This document shows, one piece after another, positions 39,035-44,032 of a stretch of 44,032 nucleotides of DNA. Origin of the DNA: a virus (taxonomy: Duplodnaviria; Heunggongvirae; Uroviricota; Caudoviricetes); IMG/VR virus record IMGVR_UViG_2740892015_000005, positions 1 to 44,032 of that record, one strand, 5' to 3'. The position numbers and the translations under genes were made by a program. A model generated the notes under the pieces. It was not told where the DNA came from. It made no database searches and was given only the letters and a program-made list of their open reading frames with translations. The number at the start of each line of letters is the position of its first letter. The stretch's first letter is position 1.

Positions 39035-39595
39035 TCACTGCTTTATTTTGGTATCATGGGTTTCACTAGCGGCTTCCTTCGCAGTCGGCTCAGAAACCTT
39101 GAAGTAAGATTGAATCTGCGGAAGCGTTATGATTACCGCAAGCATAGCGAGAACCGCACCAACGAGCCATTGGGTCGCGGTCATGGATGTTTTAATGCCA
39201 TCAATTTGACCTTTGAGCCCTGCAACTTCGCCATTGCTAGCGAATATCTGTCCCTTAATTTCATTAAGTGACTGATTCATAGCTGTAAATTGCTTAGATT
39301 GGAATTCTCTGAAAGCTGAAATTTCAGCGCGCATGTTAGCAGATATTAACTCAATTTCTGCTTTGTTTTGACCAAGCTTCGCGTCAATCTCTTCTCTTGA
39401 TGGGCTGCCCATAGCATGCTCCTCAGTGTATTGTTTTCCAAGATAAGCGATATTATTGTTTTTGGTTATATCATTCTTGGTAACTGGAGGCGAAGCATTG
39501 GACTTTTCTCCGAAGCCACCTGTCGACCCCATACGACCAAGTGTTCTCTTTTTCTCCGCTGCATGATCAGCATTTACGGCAGGAAAAGTAATCAT
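39035..39595 (-). CDS. Coiled-coil protein with C-terminal transmembrane anchor (186 aa)
   Basis: Central heptad-like coiled coil (EIDAKLGQNKAEIELISANMRAEISAFREF...) followed by a transmembrane segment (QWLVGAVLAMLAVIITLP). The true start may be internal. Confidence 0.5.
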   Translation of the reverse strand: MITFPAVNADHAAEKKRTLGRMGSTGGFGEKSNASPPVTKNDITKNNNIAYLGKQYTEEHAMGSPSREEIDAKLGQNKAEIELISANMRAEISAFREFQSKQFTAMNQSLNEIKGQIFASNGEVAGLKGQIDGIKTSMTATQWLVGAVLAMLAVIITLPQIQSYFKVSEPTAKEAASETHDTKIKQ

Positions 39596-39602
39596 GGCTC
39601 TG

Positions 39603-39881
39603 TCAGCTTAATTTTTTTGATTCTTCGTGTTGAGAAACTATATACTTAGCCAGTTCAAGAAGTTGATTTTCACTCATGCGAATGTTGGCAATTTGGTATC
39701 TAACTGGCTGAATCTCCTCATTATTAACCCAGTCTGAAACATGCTTAAAAAATGCTATTGAACCAAATCTTGCTCCGACATCCCCAAAAGACGAGTAAGC
39801 AAATCCATCAGCATACTCATTTACAGCATCACTTGAGTCCTTGAAGATGGTTTCTCTGAAGTTCACTTTGGTATCTGTCAT
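39603..39881 (-). CDS. Hypothetical soluble protein (92 aa), first gene downstream of mnt
   Basis: ATG 3 nt after the mnt stop (same strand), implying co-transcription with mnt; AT-rich. Confidence 0.5.
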   Translation of the reverse strand: MTDTKVNFRETIFKDSSDAVNEYADGFAYSSFGDVGARFGSIAFFKHVSDWVNNEEIQPVRYQIANIRMSENQLLELAKYIVSQHEESKKLS

Positions 39882-39883
39882 AT

Positions 39884-40132
39884 TTATTTATCCTTACCAT
39901 ACATGGTCTTTAGCGTCTCAACATCGTGTTCAAGATCTATCAATCGTGATGCTATAGTTGCAAGGTCTAGTGCTTGAATGTGTTTATTTTTTTCGGTCCA
40001 CGCTTCAAGTGCCGCGACCATCTCAGCATTTAATGAACGAGAATTAGCCTCAGCCAGTTCAATAAGACGTTCCTTTATCTCTACAGGAAGCCTCAGATTC
40101 ACTTGAGGGTTTTTGTACTTACGATCAGACAT
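39884..40132 (-). CDS. mnt: Mnt-like ribbon-helix-helix repressor
   Basis: N-terminal RHH motif (NLRLPVEIKERLIELAEANSRSLNAEMVAALE) comparable with P22 Mnt/Arc; divergent from arc-ant. Confidence 0.7.
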   Translation of the reverse strand: MSDRKYKNPQVNLRLPVEIKERLIELAEANSRSLNAEMVAALEAWTEKNKHIQALDLATIASRLIDLEHDVETLKTMYGKDK

Positions 40133-40236
40133 CGGCGCATCCTGAATAATTATTTACCACAGGATATGTAGGTATCTATTGACTATCAATGCGTACCTAA
40201 ATACTATGTATGCGTACCACATACAAAGGAGCAAAA
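40133..40236. promoter_or_regulatory. Divergent mnt / arc-ant promoter-operator region
   Basis: Intergenic region between divergent RHH repressor genes containing two direct copies of ATGCGTACC and flanking TACTATGTA-type half-sites. Confidence 0.4.
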
Positions 40237-40383
40237 ATGAAAGTTAAGACATTAAGGATGCCAGAATGGCTGGAAAAGGCTTTGGAGCAGTCCGCGAAAA
40301 AGGATGATCGGTCGTTCAGTAATGAGGTATTGAGGAGACTAAAGGAGTCAGTAGCTAAGGATGGAATTGTTTGTCCAGAATGA
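40237..40383 (+). CDS. arc: Arc-like ribbon-helix-helix repressor (48 aa)
   Basis: AAGGAG Shine-Dalgarno; MKVKTLRMPEWLEKALEQSAKKDDRSFSNEVLRRLKE fits the Arc RHH pattern (compare P22 Arc ...PQFNLRWPREVLDLVRKVAEENGRSVNSEIYQRV). Below the ORF-track size cutoff. Confidence 0.6.
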   Translation: MKVKTLRMPEWLEKALEQSAKKDDRSFSNEVLRRLKESVAKDGIVCPE

Positions 40384-40449
40384 GTAAAGCCCAAGCTATT
40401 GCGAGTAGCTCGGGCTTAAATCGCCAGTAAATTTTGAGGAAAAACTGAC

Positions 40450-41379
40450 ATGAAAAGTATAGCAACAGCAGTATCTACTATCAACGTGCCATTCCACGGC
40501 GCAGAGCTTTATGTCGTCAATCACAACGGTGAGCCGTACACCCCAATGAAACCTATCGTTGAAGGTATGGGTATGGATTGGGCTTCACAGTTTACGAAAA
40601 TAAAGCAACGGTTTAAAACCTCCATTGTGAAAATCACAATGCAGCTTCCTGGTGATGAACAGTGCCGTGAGATTATTTGTTTGGCACTTCGCAAACTTGC
40701 TGGCTGGCTGCAAACCATCAGTCCAAACAAAGTCCGCCCTGAAATCCGCGACAAGGTAATCCAGTATCAGGAAGAGTGTGACGATGTGCTATACGAGTAC
40801 TGGACTAAAGGCCATGTAGTTAACCCACGCAAAGCTAAAAAGGCGTTGCCGGGTAAAATCACCACTGAACAGCAGGAAGCCATTAAACAACTCGTCATGA
40901 GTCGCGGTCAGTCTCTGCCAAAGGAAAAACAGGCTAAGGCGATGATCACCATGTGGTCGTCACTGAAATCCCATTTTGGATGTTCATACAAAGAAATCAG
41001 TGAGGAGCAGTTTACCGAAGCACTGTCACTTGCAGCTCGAGTTCCGCTTGAAGGTGAGTTCATTGGCAAACAAGAGAAGAAAACCAACGAGCTTTCTGCA
41101 AAAGAAGCAAACAGCCTTGTATGGCTATGGGATTATGCCAACCGCTCACAGGCATTATTCCGCGAACTGTATCCGGCATTAAAACAAATTCAATCGAACT
41201 ATTCCGGCAGATGCTACGACTACGGTCATGAATTCTCGTATGTTATCGGAATGGCGAGAGACGTTTTAATCAATCACACACGAGATGTTGATATCAATGA
41301 GCCAGACGGACCAACGAATATTTCCGCATGGATGAGACTTAAGAATAAAGAATTACCTCCTTCAGTACATAACTACTGA
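40450..41379 (+). CDS. ant: Antirepressor (P22 Ant-like)
   Basis: Position downstream of arc; 309 aa (P22 Ant is about 300 aa); N-terminal segment [32 protein letters not shown] fits the P22 antirepressor N-domain pattern. Confidence 0.65.
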   Translation: MKSIATAVSTINVPFHGAELYVVNHNGEPYTPMKPIVEGMGMDWASQFTKIKQRFKTSIVKITMQLPGDEQCREIICLALRKLAGWLQTISPNKVRPEIRDKVIQYQEECDDVLYEYWTKGHVVNPRKAKKALPGKITTEQQEAIKQLVMSRGQSLPKEKQAKAMITMWSSLKSHFGCSYKEISEEQFTEALSLAARVPLEGEFIGKQEKKTNELSAKEANSLVWLWDYANRSQALFRELYPALKQIQSNYSGRCYDYGHEFSYVIGMARDVLINHTRDVDINEPDGPTNISAWMRLKNKELPPSVHNY

Positions 41380-41397
41380 CAGATAACCAACGCAACG

Positions 41398-41423
41398 ACC
41401 CAGCTTCGGCTGGGTTTTTTTAT
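41398..41423 (+). terminator. Rho-independent terminator after ant
   Basis: ACCCAGC-TTCG-GCTGGGT hairpin followed by TTTTTTT. Confidence 0.65.
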
Positions 41424-41557
41424 GCCCAAAATTCACCGCAGCAACTAAGCGGCGATGGCCTTGATGGATAGCACTACACAAAAAGTGTAGTGCAAAAAGC
41501 AAACAAATACTCACCGTAGCTACGCTGCGGCGATTCATTGTATCTGGAGCAAATTAA

Positions 41558-44032
41558 ATGACAGACATTACAGCCAATGTTGTGGTCAGCATGCCTTCGC
41601 AACTCTTCACTATGGCTCGTTCTTTTAAAGCCGTAGCCAATGGCAAAATTTATATCGGTAAAATTGACACTGACCCGGTAAATCCTGAAAACCAGATTCA
41701 GGTTTATGTGGAGAACGAAGACGGTTCTCACGTCCCTGTTTCGCAACCAATCATCATTAACGCTGCTGGATATCCGGTATATAACGGACAGATTGCCAAG
41801 TTCGTAACTGTGCAAGGCCATTCTATGGCTGTTTATGATGCATATGGTGCACAGCAGTTTTATTTTCCTAATGTGCTGAAGTATGACCCCGATCAGCTAC
41901 GGCCGCAATTAGAAGATCCAGATGGCGCTAAAAAATATCCTGAGTTGCAGATGGCACGATGGAGAGATTGTGGAGATGTTAGAGGGTGGGGAGCAAAAAT
42001 AGATGGGGTAACAGATGATTCAGATGCTTTTATTAAAGCTTTAAACTCTGGAAGGTCGGTTATAACAATTCCTGAAGGAATATGCATCATCAAGAAGAAT
42101 ATTAACATTCCGGAAGGATGTTCACTGGTTGGATCTGGCATTGATTATTGGGACACATATAGACCAGCGCCTGAAAGATTATTAAAAAGTTGGAGTAAAG
42201 GAACCCATCTTGTATTTACTGGTGATGGAGAAAAAAACAAATATTTTTTTAACATCTCTAATGAAAGACCAGCTAAAATTGTTGAAGGGATATCTTGTAA
42301 GTTCACTGAGTTTACGAATGAAGATTCTGTAGGTGTTACTCCTGCTACACCAAAAGCCATGAGCGTAGCTGTTAGTATCAACAGGGCATCACAGTTACGC
42401 AATCTGAGAATAATGGTAAGTAAAAATGGTATTGAAGGATACAATAACCCTGATTCTTATTCATTGGGTGATAACTGGGATATAGGGTTGCATGTATACG
42501 ATAGCTGTGATTCAGTTATTGATAACGTACAGATTGTCGGCTATTGGAGGGTAAAAGGACTACTACTGACAGAAAATGACGGGAGCCTTTCAATGAAGGG
42601 AAATCCTGAAAAAACGCACTTTAATAACGTTTATGTCCAGTCAGGAATCGCGATAAGGAATAGCCCTCAGATTGATCTTGTAAGTAATACTGAAAGCTCA
42701 GTGACATTTAAACATAAAAAGTCGATGAGAATAACTTCAGTTAAACAGTTTAAAATTGCTGGCAGTGAATCAGTATATACGTATTCAGATGCATCATTTG
42801 ATGGAACTAACATCACACTATCTGGTATTTCTCCTGAAATACAAGGTACAATAAGTGTAATCAGGTTTCCGTCAATTGGTAATAATTTTAGCGGGACTGT
42901 TTTTGAGAATACAGTAGCCACTACTCTTGATCATACATCAGGTAAGCCATCAGAATACTTTGGCCTTCCTGCATCCTTTGCATTAGAGGTTGATGGTTTC
43001 CCTGTTCGTAATTTAAGGTTTGATAAATTCAAAGCTCAAACAACATTTGATAAAGGAAATTGCATTTTTGGTGATTGCCGTGATGTTAAAATAACATCAT
43101 CTGAGTTTGAAAATGGAATTATGATTGCGTATAACCTGACCGAGACTCAGGGTTATACAGGAAATCTTAGATTTTTTGCTTCTGATCTTCAGAGCAGCGT
43201 TAACACAAGTGAGTTTAAACCAAGAGACGCATTTGTAGACAATAGACAAATAAAAACGGAGTTTACTGATGGTTCGTTCATTATAAAGAACTGGAGGCCT
43301 ACAGATACAAAAATACAATGGTCGTCTGGAGTAGATGCTATTGTTCTTAGAGAGTCACCTGACGAACAATCAAACGGAAATATTTACGGGTATCACATTG
43401 ATGGTAAAAGATGGATTAATGTTAGTGGATATAACAAAGATATAAATATTTCATCAAGAAACTTAAGCGTAAAAAACCATGGTGATGACTCTGCAGTTAT
43501 TAATATATTCGGCGACTCTGGAAATATTGCCATTAAAGGTAATTTTTCACCAATTATTGATAACAGCAAATCTCTTGGTGCACCATCATTTAGATGGGCT
43601 CAGATTTATTCTGCATCCGGGACTATAAGCACATCAGATGAAACACTTAAAACAATATATGACATTACTCAGGCAGAGCGTGATGCTGCGCTGGAAATAA
43701 AGGGAATTATATGCAAGTTCAGGTTTAATGAGTCGATTAATTTTAAAGGATTGGAGTTATCAAGGTATCATTTTGGAGTTGGCGCTCAAACCGTAGGAGA
43801 TATTCTTAGAAAGCATGGTTTAAATCCTGAGCAATATGCTTTTTGGTGTTACGATGAATGGCCAGACGTATGGGATGAAGAGGTGATAACTGAAGAGAGC
43901 ACAGATCCTGATACAGGTGAGAAAATTTATTCTCAATATAAAACAGGAAATATGATTCTTGTAAAAAAAGCAGGTGGACGCTACGGAATTCGTTATGACG
44001 AATTGGCTATGTTTATATTAATGGCAATGTAG
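41558..44032 (+). CDS. Tailspike: P22-type head-binding domain, beta-helix depolymerase-like domain and C-terminal intramolecular chaperone domain
   Basis: The first roughly 115 aa ([50 protein letters not shown]...VLKYDPDQ) are highly similar to the P22 gp9 N-terminus. This is followed by a [18 protein letters not shown] pectate-lyase-type motif and a low-GC body. The C-terminal region ([15 protein letters not shown]...) resembles S74 auto-cleaving chaperone domains. Confidence 0.85.
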   Translation: MTDITANVVVSMPSQLFTMARSFKAVANGKIYIGKIDTDPVNPENQIQVYVENEDGSHVPVSQPIIINAAGYPVYNGQIAKFVTVQGHSMAVYDAYGAQQFYFPNVLKYDPDQLRPQLEDPDGAKKYPELQMARWRDCGDVRGWGAKIDGVTDDSDAFIKALNSGRSVITIPEGICIIKKNINIPEGCSLVGSGIDYWDTYRPAPERLLKSWSKGTHLVFTGDGEKNKYFFNISNERPAKIVEGISCKFTEFTNEDSVGVTPATPKAMSVAVSINRASQLRNLRIMVSKNGIEGYNNPDSYSLGDNWDIGLHVYDSCDSVIDNVQIVGYWRVKGLLLTENDGSLSMKGNPEKTHFNNVYVQSGIAIRNSPQIDLVSNTESSVTFKHKKSMRITSVKQFKIAGSESVYTYSDASFDGTNITLSGISPEIQGTISVIRFPSIGNNFSGTVFENTVATTLDHTSGKPSEYFGLPASFALEVDGFPVRNLRFDKFKAQTTFDKGNCIFGDCRDVKITSSEFENGIMIAYNLTETQGYTGNLRFFASDLQSSVNTSEFKPRDAFVDNRQIKTEFTDGSFIIKNWRPTDTKIQWSSGVDAIVLRESPDEQSNGNIYGYHIDGKRWINVSGYNKDINISSRNLSVKNHGDDSAVINIFGDSGNIAIKGNFSPIIDNSKSLGAPSFRWAQIYSASGTISTSDETLKTIYDITQAERDAALEIKGIICKFRFNESINFKGLELSRYHFGVGAQTVGDILRKHGLNPEQYAFWCYDEWPDVWDEEVITEESTDPDTGEKIYSQYKTGNMILVKKAGGRYGIRYDELAMFILMAM

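Overview
The window is almost entirely one mosaic temperate prophage of an enterobacterium (most likely Escherichia/Shigella), abutting a GC-rich chromosomal gene for a fused four-domain ABC exporter (1..3660, minus strand). All protein identifications rest on my recollection of reference sequences, not on any search. The prophage runs from integrase/excisionase (3814..5409) through a leftward early operon (Ea22-like, RecT, cIII-like, Ral-like, P22-type N with nutL), an immunity region (hybrid cI with a lambda-like C-terminal domain, Cro, nutR, cII), replication genes (O-like with internal iterons, DnaB-type helicase), a nin region (NinB/E/F, YbcO-like, RusA, NinH), Q with PR'/tR', and a lambda-like lysis cassette (S, R, Rz/Rz1). 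The morphogenesis module is P22/Sf6-like in gene order (TerS, TerL, portal, scaffold, coat, gp4, gp10, gp26 needle, gp14, gp7, gp20, gp16), followed by an immI-like region (mnt, arc, ant) and a tailspike ending at 44032. attR lies outside the window and no tRNA, CRISPR array or transposase was seen. The best candidate for an undescribed system is a low-GC three-gene cassette (38779..39881) that appears co-transcribed with the Mnt repressor, at the position where P22 carries superinfection exclusion genes. Also notable are four HNH homing endonuclease genes, two of which sit at the starts of gene 10 and gene 26 with recoded flanking sequence and a leftover gene 10 fragment, and a chimeric tailspike.
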